Source: a bacterium
GTDB lineage: Bacteria; Patescibacteriota; Minisyncoccia; Phycocordibacterales; CAIZLB01
Reading direction: 5' to 3'
Assembly: GCA_037127815.1 (NCBI GenBank)
Contig: JBAXXP010000004.1
Span: 4,647 to 68,646 of the forward strand
Length of the DNA stretch: 64,000 nt
The notes beneath the pieces are model-generated. The model was not told the DNA's origin and ran no database searches. It saw nothing but the letters and a program-made list of their open reading frames with translations. Made by a program: the position numbers and the translations under genes. Positions 46,217 to 56,546 of the stretch are shown here, one piece after another (within the stretch, counting starts at the first letter, position 1; each line of letters begins with the position of its first letter).

Positions 46217-46617
46217 TTTTATTCTATTGTTGGTGTCGTTTTTTTTGGCTAGTGCTGAGTAAAAAAATACAAGAAAAAATCTCGGCTTTTACTCAGCCGA
46301 GATAGTTCTAAAATTGATTAAATATTTTGTATCTAAGAGTTTGAGTTAAAATTATCACGGCTGAATATAAGTTTTGATGTTCCTGCGTCTGTTGATAGGA
46401 ACATGGCAAAAAACGCACCAATGTTGTGAATGGGTGAATTTCCTTTATTCATTTGTTGATAACTTTGAGTCATACCAAAATGCTAACACGGAGTTGTTGG
46501 TATGTCTAGTATTTTGATTCTATAAAATTAAATGTGGAGTGATGTTGTTTATATTTTAGTTTTTTAAGATATACTATTATTGGAAGAGTGAAGACTTAAT
46601 CAAAGGAGAATAAAATC

Positions 46618-46923
46618 ATGAGACCATCAGATCAAAATGAAACTCTGCCGTCTATAGGTGATTTGGCAGACCTCGTTGTAGAAAGAGCTGAAAATCAAGG
46701 CGTACCTATTGGAAAAGTAATTCACATTGTGGCAAATGAATACGGAGTCACAGCATCAGAAATTGGAAGGGAACTAGGTTTGCGGGCTCAGGCCGCAAAG
46801 TTGCGTGAAAGGCGGGAAATCTTAGAGTTTCTCTATTCAGAAAAAATAGAGTGTGGCGCAAGACAAAATCAAGAAGCACTCGTCGAGGGCTTCAGAATTA
46901 CTGGACATGAGGACGATCTTTAG
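46618..46923 (+). CDS. Hypothetical small protein with possible helix-turn-helix (101 aa), GC-elevated
   Basis: ORF preceded by an AAAGGAG RBS-like sequence. The GVTASEIGRELGL segment is HTH-like. A strong terminator follows. Confidence 0.4.
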   Translation: MRPSDQNETLPSIGDLADLVVERAENQGVPIGKVIHIVANEYGVTASEIGRELGLRAQAAKLRERREILEFLYSEKIECGARQNQEALVEGFRITGHEDDL

Positions 46924-46925
46924 TG

Positions 46926-46960
46926 GTGGCGGCGAGGGAAACCCTCGCCGCCACATTTTT
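46926..46960 (+). terminator. Rho-independent terminator GTGGCGGCGAGGG-AAA-CCCTCGCCGCCAC + ATTTTT
   Basis: Perfect 13-bp GC stem plus a T-run immediately after the 46923 stop. Confidence 0.75.
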
Positions 46961-47122
46961 ATTAGCAAAAACTTTCTGACTTCGATGTTATTTTACTAGT
47001 TATGCTGAAAATCTTTTGTTTTTCTCTAGAATTTATTTATAGGAACTTCATGTCTGTTTGGTATTCTTCATAGGCATTGAATATCTTTTTATTATAACCA
47101 CTAGATTGACAATGTATATAAT

Positions 47123-47485
47123 ATGTATATACCTGAACAAGGAAATATTATCAAACTAAACTTCAATCCAATTAAAGGACACGAGCAAGGTGGATACAGA
47201 CCGGCTGTAGTAATAACCAAAAAGATATATAATTCTAAATCTAATACTATTTTGATTTGTCCAATCACTAGTAAAATTAAGAATTATCCGTATGAAGTGA
47301 CCATCGAGATGGAGGGGTTCACTGATAACGATAATCTGGGATTGGTGAGCGACATTTCCGGAGTAGTATTAACAGACCATATTAAGTCTGCAGACTATAA
47401 AGCAAGAAAAGTTAATTTTTCAGGTAGATTGAAAGAGATTGTTGTGTGGAATATTTTAGCTAAAATTAAAACTTTGATAGATTAA
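47123..47485 (+). CDS. MazF/PemK-family endoribonuclease toxin
   Basis: GNIIKLNFNPIKGHEQGGYRPAVVITKK...ILICPITSK matches the MazF GDIVWVDFDPTKGSEQAGHRPAVVLS...CVPCTTQ blocks. Confidence 0.75.
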   Translation: MYIPEQGNIIKLNFNPIKGHEQGGYRPAVVITKKIYNSKSNTILICPITSKIKNYPYEVTIEMEGFTDNDNLGLVSDISGVVLTDHIKSADYKARKVNFSGRLKEIVVWNILAKIKTLID

Positions 47486-47647
47486 ATAGATTGCTACATA
47501 ACTTCAATAAGTACTTTGGTGTGGCGGAGGCTTATTTAGGTGAATAAAAAACCGCCCTCATTCGAGGGGCGGCGGTTTGAAGTATTGCATTTGCAAAACT
47601 CCGATGACAATTTTGTTCCAAGAAGTCATCCTTCTTTGATGATTTGG

Positions 47648-48109
47648 CTATTTTGTTGGAGCCTCCACCAATGACAGTAGGTGGTTGTAACTCACCTCCA
47701 GCTTACGAAGAAGGAAACTCTCTTTTGGAGACCGCTCCTTTTGACCATAGTAGGTAACCCAGTCGTTAAAGAACGCAAGTCTAAAGCTAATGTACTTGCG
47801 TAAATTAACTCCTTCTTCTTGTTCTGCCATTTCCAGTTCCTGTTTCAGTGCGTATAAGCACTCTCCGTCATCGTGGTCTCTAGTGGGTTCAATGATTTCA
47901 TGGATTAACCCGAGTTCCCGATATTCCTTCGGATAAGCATCGCTAATCGCAAGTACTCCATCTTTGAAAATGACGAAGTTTGCGGGTGCATATTTTCCTG
48001 TTGAAAACTCTGCGCTGATTATGGCATAGGTGTAAATCTCTCCGGCGTAAGTGAGATTTGCCTGTCCGATAACGTATGGGGTAAGCCATAATGGAATCTG
48101 TTTGATCAT
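47648..48109 (-). CDS. Hypothetical protein (153 aa), GC-elevated
   Basis: ORF only. Confidence 0.35.
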   Translation of the reverse strand: MIKQIPLWLTPYVIGQANLTYAGEIYTYAIISAEFSTGKYAPANFVIFKDGVLAISDAYPKEYRELGLIHEIIEPTRDHDDGECLYALKQELEMAEQEEGVNLRKYISFRLAFFNDWVTYYGQKERSPKESFLLRKLEVSYNHLLSLVEAPTK

Positions 48110-48313
48110 TTTTTTGTGTTTCTCTTGTTTGAATTTAAAGGAGGAAAGCGGTGTGCTTTCCTGATCTGTTTCGTTAATGACAATAACATGTTTTAGGTAA
48201 ATGTCAAACTGTTCGCCAGTAGATTTAAATAGTTTTATCGATCTATGTCTAAATAAAAAACTCGCTGCAAGAAATGCTAGCGAGTTTTTTGTTTTGTGAT
48301 TTTTAAAAATCGA

Positions 48314-48958
48314 TTATTTTTCAATGACTATTTCCTCCTTTGAGAATCTAACTTTCTTGTCATTTGCACTTGTATCAGCTTCTGATCTGTATCCAACTGG
48401 ACACATTACAACTGATTCAAGACCAAGCTCAGCTAGTCCAAGAAGTTCATCAACTTTCTTGCTATCAAATCCTTCCATTGGACATGAATCAATTTTCTCT
48501 ACAGCACATGCTGTTAGTAGTGTTCCAAGGGCAACATAAGCTTGTCTGGCAGCCCAATCTTTTACAGCCTGTACTCCACCTTGTTCTGTCTTTGATTTGA
48601 TTGCTCCCTTAATCATTTGACTATATCCATCTAGATTTGCTACATCAACTCCGCGAGTTGTAGAAACAGTACCTATGAACTTATCAACAAAGGCGTCATT
48701 CAAATCCGTAGGTATAGCAAAAACAACAAGATGTGAAGCATCTGTTACTTGTGTCTGACCCCATGAATTATTTTTAATCTCAGTTCTTGTTTCTGGATTT
48801 TTTACAACAATGATTTTCCAAGGTTGTAGTCCATATGATGAAGCTGATAATCTTGTAACTTCGAGTAGGTTATTAAATTGCTCATCTGAAAGCTTCTTTT
48901 CTGTATCAAAAGCTTTTGTGGCGTATCTCCAGTTCATTGCATCTAAAGTTTGTGTCAT
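48314..48958 (-). CDS. Nitroreductase-family NAD(P)H oxidoreductase
   Basis: MNWRYATKAFD N-terminus, SSYGLQPWKIIVV, and the overall length fit NfsB-like nitroreductases. Confidence 0.8.
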   Translation of the reverse strand: MTQTLDAMNWRYATKAFDTEKKLSDEQFNNLLEVTRLSASSYGLQPWKIIVVKNPETRTEIKNNSWGQTQVTDASHLVVFAIPTDLNDAFVDKFIGTVSTTRGVDVANLDGYSQMIKGAIKSKTEQGGVQAVKDWAARQAYVALGTLLTACAVEKIDSCPMEGFDSKKVDELLGLAELGLESVVMCPVGYRSEADTSANDKKVRFSKEEIVIEK

Positions 48959-49078
48959 AAATATTTTAAATTATTAATTGATAATGGATAGTTATTATAT
49001 ATCCTATGATATAAAAGGTAAACGAAATATGCTGAATAAATTAGTATTTACTACAGAAAAATGTGTTAGAATGTTTAC

Positions 49079-49249
49079 ATGAGCAGAAAAACCTTAATTT
49101 ATATATTCATGGTGGTGGGGTCAACGGCTGGTGGATATTTGCCATTATTGTGGGGTGATAGTTTTTTCTCAATGACCTCTGTTGTTCTGACTGCCGTAGG
49201 TGGTTTTCTTGGAATATATCTAGCGTATAAACTTGGTCGGAATTTCTAG
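49079..49249 (+). CDS. Possible small hydrophobic protein (56 aa, two TM helices)
   Basis: ATG ORF MSRKTLIYIFMVVGSTAGGYLPLLWGDSFFSMTSVVLTAVGGFLGIYLAYKLGRNF, absent from the supplied track because it is under 60 aa. Confidence 0.3.
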   Translation: MSRKTLIYIFMVVGSTAGGYLPLLWGDSFFSMTSVVLTAVGGFLGIYLAYKLGRNF

Positions 49250-49340
49250 GTGTAACGTTAAAAAACGCTATTTTGTTTCAATTGACACAAAATCGATTGA
49301 TGGGTGTATAATATAGTTGTTATTAGATAACAGAAAAAAT

Positions 49341-49691
49341 ATGAAAATCATCATAAAAGGTACAAACATTAATATTTCAGAACCAATCGAAGACTATCTT
49401 TATAAGAAGATGTCCTCTGTGGAGAAGTTTATTAATGATACCACTAAGGTTGAAGTTGAATTGAAAAAGACAACTAACCATCATAAGACAGGTGATATAT
49501 TTATGGCAGAAGTTAATGTTTGGAGTAAGGGAAAACTAAATAGGGTAGAGAGAACTTCTGAAGATATATATTCTGCAATTGATTTGATGCAAAATGAATT
49601 ATTTGATCTTTTGTCTACTGAAAAGGATAAAAGCCACACCCTATTTAAAAGAGGGGCACAGAAGATTAAGAATATGTTTAGAAGAGGATAA
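49341..49691 (+). CDS. hpf: Ribosome hibernation promoting factor / RaiA family
   Basis: MKIIIKGTNINISEPIEDYLYKK...AEVNV...ER...DIYSAIDLM matches the S30EA/HPF pattern. Start placed at the internal MKIII. Confidence 0.7.
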   Translation: MKIIIKGTNINISEPIEDYLYKKMSSVEKFINDTTKVEVELKKTTNHHKTGDIFMAEVNVWSKGKLNRVERTSEDIYSAIDLMQNELFDLLSTEKDKSHTLFKRGAQKIKNMFRRG

Positions 49692-49788
49692 ATAAAGATG
49701 GGGCGATGGCAATATAAAATGCATTCGAAATAATTAGAAACAATAAGATAAAAAATAACCCTCTAGTATGAGGGCTATTTTTTTTGCT

Positions 49789-50751
49789 TTAGTTTTTACC
49801 AGTACCCTCCATACTTTGAAGAAAAGATTTCCAGGTCATTTCTTTTCCACCTTCAGGTACCACTTTGGTTATATGTAGTTTGCGGCCATCTTCTGCATAA
49901 TCTATCCATTCAGCATCCTTTATAATTACACGCAGTTTTTTAGTTTCTCCTTTAATTAACTTATCAATGAAAAAATATGCTCCAGGCCACTCCTCAAAGG
50001 CTCTAATTTTCAAAATATTTTGTCTTTGTTCTGATTCGTCTGTTGTCCATGGGTCAATTTGTCCGTCTTCTTTTGTTATTTTCTTTGTGAATGTCGCAAG
50101 GCTATGGTTCTGTTCTATTAGTTTTAATTCACTATTTATATATGCATCTATATTTTCAGAAATAAGCTCCGCTCCAATGTTTGCTGTGATTGATTCAAAC
50201 TCAGAATATTTTACTGGCCAATCTGCAATGCTTGCAATATCTACTTCTTTTTGGGCAAAAATTGGGCCATGGTCCATTTCCTTATCCATTTTAATAACAG
50301 TAACCGCTGTTTTGTTTTTGTCTGCTAGTATTGTTGATTGTAATGGGGAAGCGCCTCTGAATTCTGGAAGCTTAGATGGATGAACATTCAGAGCTCCAAA
50401 ATCTGGGATTTCTAAAAATCTTTCTGGAATAATTTTTCCGTATGATGCTACAATAAACAGTTTTGGTTTTTCTGGTGAACCTGAAGAATTTGTAAAATTA
50501 TTTAGCTTATCAAAGGCTTCGTCATTTAATTTTGCAAATTCTAAATGGGGGATATTATGTTCAATAGCCCACAACTTTGTTGGATTAGCTGTGAGTACTA
50601 ATTTTCTACCTTGTGGCTTATCTGGAACGGTTACAATTGCATCAACCTGCATACCAAAACTCTGCATTGCATTTAGTACTTTGACGGACATTACAGATGA
50701 GCCAAAGAAAATTAATGGAGAATAGTTTTGTTTTTGATTTGAGTTAGTCAT
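49789..50751 (-). CDS. fmt: Methionyl-tRNA formyltransferase
   Basis: Formyltransferase core (NVHPSKLPEFRGASPLQSTI) plus the C-terminal Fmt domain. Confidence 0.88.
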   Translation of the reverse strand: MTNSNQKQNYSPLIFFGSSVMSVKVLNAMQSFGMQVDAIVTVPDKPQGRKLVLTANPTKLWAIEHNIPHLEFAKLNDEAFDKLNNFTNSSGSPEKPKLFIVASYGKIIPERFLEIPDFGALNVHPSKLPEFRGASPLQSTILADKNKTAVTVIKMDKEMDHGPIFAQKEVDIASIADWPVKYSEFESITANIGAELISENIDAYINSELKLIEQNHSLATFTKKITKEDGQIDPWTTDESEQRQNILKIRAFEEWPGAYFFIDKLIKGETKKLRVIIKDAEWIDYAEDGRKLHITKVVPEGGKEMTWKSFLQSMEGTGKN

Positions 50752-50829
50752 TTCGATTTTGTAAATGTTAGGCTATTTTGACAATTTTTTTAGAGTGTCT
50801 GTAGTATACCGTAATTATTCTTTCTCTAA

Positions 50830-51414
50830 TTATAGTATGTCTTCAGGATCGTACTCTTTGACCTCTTTTGCTTTATCGATGAATAAAACACCATTCAAAT
50901 GGTCAATCTCATGTTGGAAAATATGAGACAATAATCCGCTTGCACCTCTTGTAAATAATTTACCCTCAGCATCATATGCTTTTAGCGTGACTCTCAGTGC
51001 TCTTTGAACTTTTCCATATAACCATCTAACAGAAAGACAACCCTCACCGTCCATCCATTTTTTGTCTTTTGACGTTTTAATTATTTCAGGATTTATACAA
51101 ACAAGATTTGCTGGAATTATTATTCTATGTTTCTTTTTTGCTTTTTCAGCATCCATAACTTTTTCTCTATCATCTGCTGTAAGGAAAATCTTACCAGATA
51201 CCATGAATAGCTGAAGAGGAACGCCTACCTGAGGTGCTGCAAGACCCACACCGTCAATTTGAGCTGATAGCATTTTATCCATATGAGCGATTAGACTTTG
51301 AATATACTCGCCCTTGATCTCTTCTACTGGTATAGCAATAGAAACCTGTCTTAAGGCAGGGTGTTCTTCTGTAACAATCTTATTTTCAGGCTTAAAATGA
51401 CTAAACTTTTGCAT
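50830..51414 (-). CDS. def: Peptide deformylase
   Basis: GVGLAAPQVG, EGCLSV and HEIDHLNG metal-binding motifs. Start placed at the internal Met because the annotated ORF abuts the priA stop. Confidence 0.88.
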   Translation of the reverse strand: MQKFSHFKPENKIVTEEHPALRQVSIAIPVEEIKGEYIQSLIAHMDKMLSAQIDGVGLAAPQVGVPLQLFMVSGKIFLTADDREKVMDAEKAKKKHRIIIPANLVCINPEIIKTSKDKKWMDGEGCLSVRWLYGKVQRALRVTLKAYDAEGKLFTRGASGLLSHIFQHEIDHLNGVLFIDKAKEVKEYDPEDIL

Positions 51415-51492
51415 GTTGCTATTGTAGCATATTAAGAAATTATTAAAATTCCATAGATTGGGTAGGGATAAAGATGTGTAAATTGGTCCCAT

Positions 51493-53634
51493 CTATAACA
51501 AACTCTCCGGATGCACACTAACCGTAAACTCAGGAGGAAGACTAACTAGAATGTCACGTAATTCATCATCGGGCCATGCTTTTGGATTCATGGAGATTAG
51601 CATATGAAGAATTGACTTACCTGCAACGGAGGGAATAAAGGCAGGGAATATTGTCGGGTTCCATTTCTCAAGCCATATTTGAAGCTTACCCATTTCTTTT
51701 GCTGCAATAGTTTTTTCAGCTTCAATTGTGATTTTTATAAACATTGCAAATGGGGGATACATCAAAGCTTTTCTGTCTGCAATTTCTGACTTGTAAAAAT
51801 CGTTCAAATTTCCACTTTGAATATAACCAAGAAGTGGGCGCGTAGCATTTCTTGTTTGAATAAGTAAATATTCTTCAGCTAAAGTTTGAGCCTGTAAAAG
51901 AATGTGGCAAATCCTTTCATTGATTCTGAAATCAGGAAGCGAAAATAAACTATCAAGCGATGCAATAGCAACATGCTTAACAGGTTTCAAATAATTTAAA
52001 GAAAATTCTGTGCCAATTAAAATTCCACTTGAACTATCATTAAATCTTTTTGCGATGTCTCTTGCTTGCTTGTCCGTTTTTGCTGTATCTCTATCTAGTC
52101 TAAAAATCTGTCTATCAGGGAATCTCTTTAGAGTTTCTTCATGTATTGTGTCTGATCCAATTCCAAGCGTGATAAGTTTCCAGCTTGTACAATTTTTACA
52201 CCCTTCAAGGGCTGTTCTTTCTCGTCCGCAATGATGACATAAGAAATATCTTTTACTTTCAACTTTAGAATTATGTAAAACAACTGGCGCTTCACAAACA
52301 GAGCATGTGACAGTTGTTCCACAGTCTCCGCAAACAGTTTGAGGGGCAAGACCGCGGCGGGCAGTGAAAATTATCATTTTCTCTTTCTTCTTACCGGCAT
52401 ACTCCACCTGGGATTCTAGTTCTTCAGAATAAATTAAATTATTTTTTGAATTTATTTTATCCTTTTCTTTCTTTGATTTTTCCTTTCTGATTGGCTCGGC
52501 CATATCGACAATAATAGTATTTGGACGCTTCTCTATGCGCATTGAAATAGGGAAGAAATCAAAGACTTCTCCGCGTTCTCTTCTATATAAAGTTTCAACT
52601 CTAAGTAGTACATCACCATAAATAAGGCGTGCGCGTAATTCCTTTGACCATTTCTGAAAAAGAAATCTATAATCAAAAAGAGGTTTGAACATTGTAATGT
52701 AACTTCTTGAAGATTCTTTCTCTACGATTATTGTTGCGATGTCAGTTCTCGGTAGTCCAACAAAAGAAGGTGTTGTTATGAAGGCAATTGAATGCGTTTC
52801 GTTTAATGCTTTACCCCATGTTTCAACTTGTTTTTTTCTGTTAATTCCACCATGTAATATGTATGCGTAATCGCTGATTCCACGAGACAGTTCTTCATAA
52901 ATCTCTTCCGCAGAATTAACGGTTGGAGCAATAATTATAACTGATTTCTTTTTTGCAAATTCTTCTCTAATAATACTTTTGTACGTACCATATCTGTCTG
53001 TTGTGTTTGTTTGAAAAACATAAATATCGCGAGAGCTTATTTCTGTATTAACCCAGTCATTACCTTCTGATTTTGTTTCGATCAATTCACTTTCTACAGA
53101 GTGACTTGTGTTTGCGATTGTTTTTGTAGCTGATGTTGGTGTTGTGATAGCAGCTGCGTTTGTTGTGATCTTGTTCTTCTTGTTTATAGCCTCCTCTGCG
53201 TATGTAAGTGCACATTCAGGAATTATAGTTTTTATAATTGCTCCAATTGGATATGCAAATTCTTTTGAAACAGATTGGCAGGCTTTAATAAGGGAAGGTG
53301 ATACAGCTGTTATTGTTTTTTTGGATTCAATTTTTCTTGTAACAAAATCTGCGTTTTTGATATCAGCTTTGGATTCCTGTGCACTTACACAACTTTCAAC
53401 AAGTGCTAAAATATTTTTATTTCTGAAGGGAACATAAATGACTGATCCTGCTGGAAAATTATGAGCACCCCAATAGGTTAGGGTTTCTCTGAATGAAGAC
53501 TTGGAAATAGGATGGACAGTTAGTATATACACCCCTGAATCATCGCAGAAAATGGAGTTTTTTTCAATAGGCGAGTAAATTATCATATTTTTATAAAAAA
53601 AGCTTGCTTGCCACCATTTTTTGAATAAATACAT
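51493..53634 (-). CDS. priA: Primosomal protein N' (PriA helicase)
   Basis: Cys-rich zinc-binding insert CGDCGTTVTCSVCEAPVVLH...CHHCGRE...CKNC within a helicase core. The priA-def-fmt gene order is conserved. Confidence 0.85.
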   Translation of the reverse strand: MYLFKKWWQASFFYKNMIIYSPIEKNSIFCDDSGVYILTVHPISKSSFRETLTYWGAHNFPAGSVIYVPFRNKNILALVESCVSAQESKADIKNADFVTRKIESKKTITAVSPSLIKACQSVSKEFAYPIGAIIKTIIPECALTYAEEAINKKNKITTNAAAITTPTSATKTIANTSHSVESELIETKSEGNDWVNTEISSRDIYVFQTNTTDRYGTYKSIIREEFAKKKSVIIIAPTVNSAEEIYEELSRGISDYAYILHGGINRKKQVETWGKALNETHSIAFITTPSFVGLPRTDIATIIVEKESSRSYITMFKPLFDYRFLFQKWSKELRARLIYGDVLLRVETLYRRERGEVFDFFPISMRIEKRPNTIIVDMAEPIRKEKSKKEKDKINSKNNLIYSEELESQVEYAGKKKEKMIIFTARRGLAPQTVCGDCGTTVTCSVCEAPVVLHNSKVESKRYFLCHHCGRERTALEGCKNCTSWKLITLGIGSDTIHEETLKRFPDRQIFRLDRDTAKTDKQARDIAKRFNDSSSGILIGTEFSLNYLKPVKHVAIASLDSLFSLPDFRINERICHILLQAQTLAEEYLLIQTRNATRPLLGYIQSGNLNDFYKSEIADRKALMYPPFAMFIKITIEAEKTIAAKEMGKLQIWLEKWNPTIFPAFIPSVAGKSILHMLISMNPKAWPDDELRDILVSLPPEFTVSVHPESLL

Positions 53635-53721
53635 CTATTTATATAGGGCGTATATAATAATTTCAGATTTTCTTTATCTTTTCTTTATAGAAAACTCATA
53701 TCGATTAGATATGGTTGTTGT

Positions 53722-54348
53722 ATGCGAACATATGTATTTATTGATGCCTCAAATTTATTTTATGGTGGTAGAAAATCTCTCGGGTGGAGTATTGATCATG
53801 AAAAATTAGCATTGTATTTTAAGTCTAAGTATGAAGCGAATAAGGTCTATTATTTTGGAGGTGTTGAAATACATGATTTTCCATTTGATTATATAAAGAA
53901 TGAAACTGTACCAATAAATGACGTTTCAATTTATTTGGTAGATTTCATTGAAAAAAATAAGTATAACTTATCTGATGTAATTATAACTCTTATAAATAGA
54001 TATTTAAAAAGAATCAGATTCTACATGAAATTGGAGAAATTTGGATATATTCTTGTTCTTAAGCCAGTAAAGACTCATGTGGATGGAAAAGGCATAAGTC
54101 AGAAAAAGGCGAATTGTGATGTGGATATGACCCTTTATTTGATACGTTACAAAGATGATTATGATAGAGCTTTGGTTCTTACGGGGGATGGAGACTTTTT
54201 ATCAGCGCTCAAATATTTACGAGACAATAATAAAGAAGTTCTAGTGTTAGCAAGATCTCCACGCACAGCAAAAGAAATAAAAAAGTTTGCTGGAGATAAG
54301 TTTTTGGACTTTGAGTTCCTAAGGGAAATAATCAGGATGGATGAATAG
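53722..54348 (+). CDS. NYN/LabA-like domain protein, paralog 2 of 3
   Basis: MRTYVFIDASNLFYGG, ANCDVDMTLYLI, and VLTGDGDFLSALKYLRDNNKEVLVLARSPRTAKEI. Close paralog of 437..1105. Confidence 0.7.
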   Translation: MRTYVFIDASNLFYGGRKSLGWSIDHEKLALYFKSKYEANKVYYFGGVEIHDFPFDYIKNETVPINDVSIYLVDFIEKNKYNLSDVIITLINRYLKRIRFYMKLEKFGYILVLKPVKTHVDGKGISQKKANCDVDMTLYLIRYKDDYDRALVLTGDGDFLSALKYLRDNNKEVLVLARSPRTAKEIKKFAGDKFLDFEFLREIIRMDE

Positions 54349-54485
54349 CTTGTCATTAAAGGGTACTTAATACAAAAGGCACCCATATAGGATGCCTTTT
54401 AGGTCTGGTAATGTAATTGTATCAGGGTACATGATGGTGTCAAGTTCAAGTTGTAAAAAATGCCTTCAGGCCTTATTATGTAGGC

Positions 54486-55499
54486 ATGGCATTATTTTCT
54501 AAAAAGCTCGGAATTGACCTTGGAACATCTAATACTCTTGTTTTTCTTCCTGGGCGTGGAATTGTTCTAAACGAGCCTTCAGTTGTTGCAGTTTCTGAGC
54601 AAGATAATCAGATTCTGGCTGTTGGAATAGACGCAAAGGATATGATTGGAAAGACACCAGACAATATTATTGCATATAGACCAATGCGCGATGGTGTTAT
54701 CGCTGACTATAGAGTTACTGAGGCTATGCTTAGATATTTCATAAACAAGGCTCTTGGCAGATGGAATATTTGGAAGCCAGACGTGATGGTCTCAGTTCCT
54801 GCTGGTGTTACTTCAACTGAAAGACGTGCTGTAGTTGAGGCTGCAATTAAGGCAGGTGCTAAAAATGCATATGTTGTTAAGGAACCTATTCTTGCTGCAA
54901 TTGGCGCTGGTATTTCTATTCAAGAGCCAAATGGACACATGATTGTAGACATTGGTGGTGGAACAACAGACGTTGCCGTTATTTCCTTGGGAGGAATTGT
55001 GACATGTAATTCTGTTAAATGTGCAGGAAATAGAATTGATCTTGCAATTGCGGATTACATTAAGAAAACCTATAACCTAGCGATCGGGGATAAGACAGCA
55101 GAGGAGATGAAAATAAACGTAGGGTCCGCCGTTACAATGGACGATGAACTTTCAATGACAATTAAGGGTCGCGATTTTCTAACCGGCCTTCCTCGATCTG
55201 TTGAAATTAAAACAAATGAAGTTGTTAAGGCAATTGCAAAAGAATTAAGAGATATGATCAAGGCAATCAAGGATGTTCTTCAAGAGACTCCACCTGAGCT
55301 TGCGTCTGATATTATTGATAACGGGATAATAATGACTGGGGGATCTTCACAGTTACGTAATCTTCCAGAGCTTGTTTATAGAAGAACTGGAGTTAAAGCA
55401 AAGCTTGCTGATGATCCACTTTACTGTGTTGCTAAAGGAACAGGTATCGCCCTGGAGCACTTGAATACATATAAGAGAACAATTATTTCCAAGCGATAA
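54486..55499 (+). CDS. mreB: Rod shape-determining protein MreB
   Basis: LGIDLGTSNTLVF, VIAVGIDAKDMIGKTP and MIVDIGGGTTDVAVISLGG actin-fold motifs. Confidence 0.9.
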   Translation: MALFSKKLGIDLGTSNTLVFLPGRGIVLNEPSVVAVSEQDNQILAVGIDAKDMIGKTPDNIIAYRPMRDGVIADYRVTEAMLRYFINKALGRWNIWKPDVMVSVPAGVTSTERRAVVEAAIKAGAKNAYVVKEPILAAIGAGISIQEPNGHMIVDIGGGTTDVAVISLGGIVTCNSVKCAGNRIDLAIADYIKKTYNLAIGDKTAEEMKINVGSAVTMDDELSMTIKGRDFLTGLPRSVEIKTNEVVKAIAKELRDMIKAIKDVLQETPPELASDIIDNGIIMTGGSSQLRNLPELVYRRTGVKAKLADDPLYCVAKGTGIALEHLNTYKRTIISKR

Positions 55500-55505
55500 A
55501 GATTT

Positions 55506-55533
55506 GGGGTCAGGCACCATGGTGCCTGACCCC
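55506..55533. repeat. Palindromic repeat element copy 3 (GGGGTCAGGCAC-CATG-GTGCCTGACCCC) between mreB and holB
   Basis: Perfect 12-bp stem flanked by GATTT/AAAAC. It probably acts as a terminator after mreB. Confidence 0.8.
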
Positions 55534-55544
55534 AAAACATACAA

Positions 55545-56339
55545 ATGAAATTAAATCATCACGCATATATAATCGAAAAAGTTTCCAGTGATGGTATTTC
55601 CCCTTTGCTAAAATTTATCTCAAATACCCTAGAGCTTGAATCAGGTAAGGACCCTCATGTGTCTCCAAATTTTTTACATATAAAAAGTAACCAATTAAAT
55701 GTGGATGAGGCAGGGAAGGTGGTGGCTTTTAATTCGCAAAAATCATTTGGACAAAACGGCGGAGGAAACAAAGTTGCTTTGATTGAGATAAACGGTGCGG
55801 GGCATCAAGCTCAAAACGCATTGCTTAAAACTTTGGAGGAGCCATTTCCAAATACATATTTTTTTATAACAATATCCTCAGGCTCACTCTTACTCCCAAC
55901 AATTCAGTCTAGAGTTGAGACGCACGCAATGGCGGATTTTTTAGATAATTTTGAAAATGGGGGAAACATGGCCAGTAAAAAGAATGAAGGGAACGCGGAG
56001 TTGAAATCAGAACTGAAGCCAGAGCTGAGGTTGATAGTTTCAGACTCAGTTTCAAGATTCTTTGGATCAAGTATGGCTGAGAGAATTGAAATGGTTAAGA
56101 AGATGGTTGATGATGCTGGAAAGGAGGGCGAAGATGACTCATCTAAGCTATTTCAGTTTCTACATGATATAGAAATTACATTGAAAGATTTGGAAAAGTC
56201 TAAGCTAAACAGGAGAATGAGTAAGGATGAGCTGGAGACCTTGATTACCGTTAGAGAGTACTTCGCGGACGCTGGGGCCTCAAAAAAGATGCTTTTGGAG
56301 TATTTATCGCTAAAATTGCCTATTATAAAAAACCTATAG
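55545..56339 (+). CDS. holB: DNA polymerase III delta-prime subunit-like (clamp loader), degenerate P-loop
   Basis: NALLKTLEEP and TIQSRV clamp-loader motifs. No Walker A motif is present. Confidence 0.6.
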   Translation: MKLNHHAYIIEKVSSDGISPLLKFISNTLELESGKDPHVSPNFLHIKSNQLNVDEAGKVVAFNSQKSFGQNGGGNKVALIEINGAGHQAQNALLKTLEEPFPNTYFFITISSGSLLLPTIQSRVETHAMADFLDNFENGGNMASKKNEGNAELKSELKPELRLIVSDSVSRFFGSSMAERIEMVKKMVDDAGKEGEDDSSKLFQFLHDIEITLKDLEKSKLNRRMSKDELETLITVREYFADAGASKKMLLEYLSLKLPIIKNL

Positions 56340-56546
56340 TATTCAAGCTAGAATTGCTTGGATGAGGTTCTAAAGGGCTGATTTAGGAGGGTTACGTCAT
56401 CAAACCACACATTTGCATTGTTATTGCTAATATATGTGTTATACTGAAGAAGTTCGTAGTATCTCAATTAGGCCAGCGGAGTTATCTGTGTGGTTGGCGT
56501 AAGGAGGTCGGCTATGGACGATTAAAAGTAACGCAAAACACACAAA

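Noticed and set aside
760-55544. Numerous short antisense ORFs embedded in confident genes (e.g. 760..954, 1238..1471, 1891..2085, 2659..2901 in NYN/lepA; 11700..11981, 12559..12780, 13442..13702 in valS; 14916..15470 in tsaD; 24318..25091 in ftsZ; 25824..26108 and 26427..26783 in ftsA; 31263..31667 in rpsA; 43497..43817 and 44025..44216 in the oxidoreductase; 45024..46041 in MFS; 52010..52349 and 53108..53437 in priA; 55070..55270 and 55353..55544 in mreB)
   Set aside because: They are entirely nested antisense or alternate-frame within well-supported housekeeping genes, and have no independent support.
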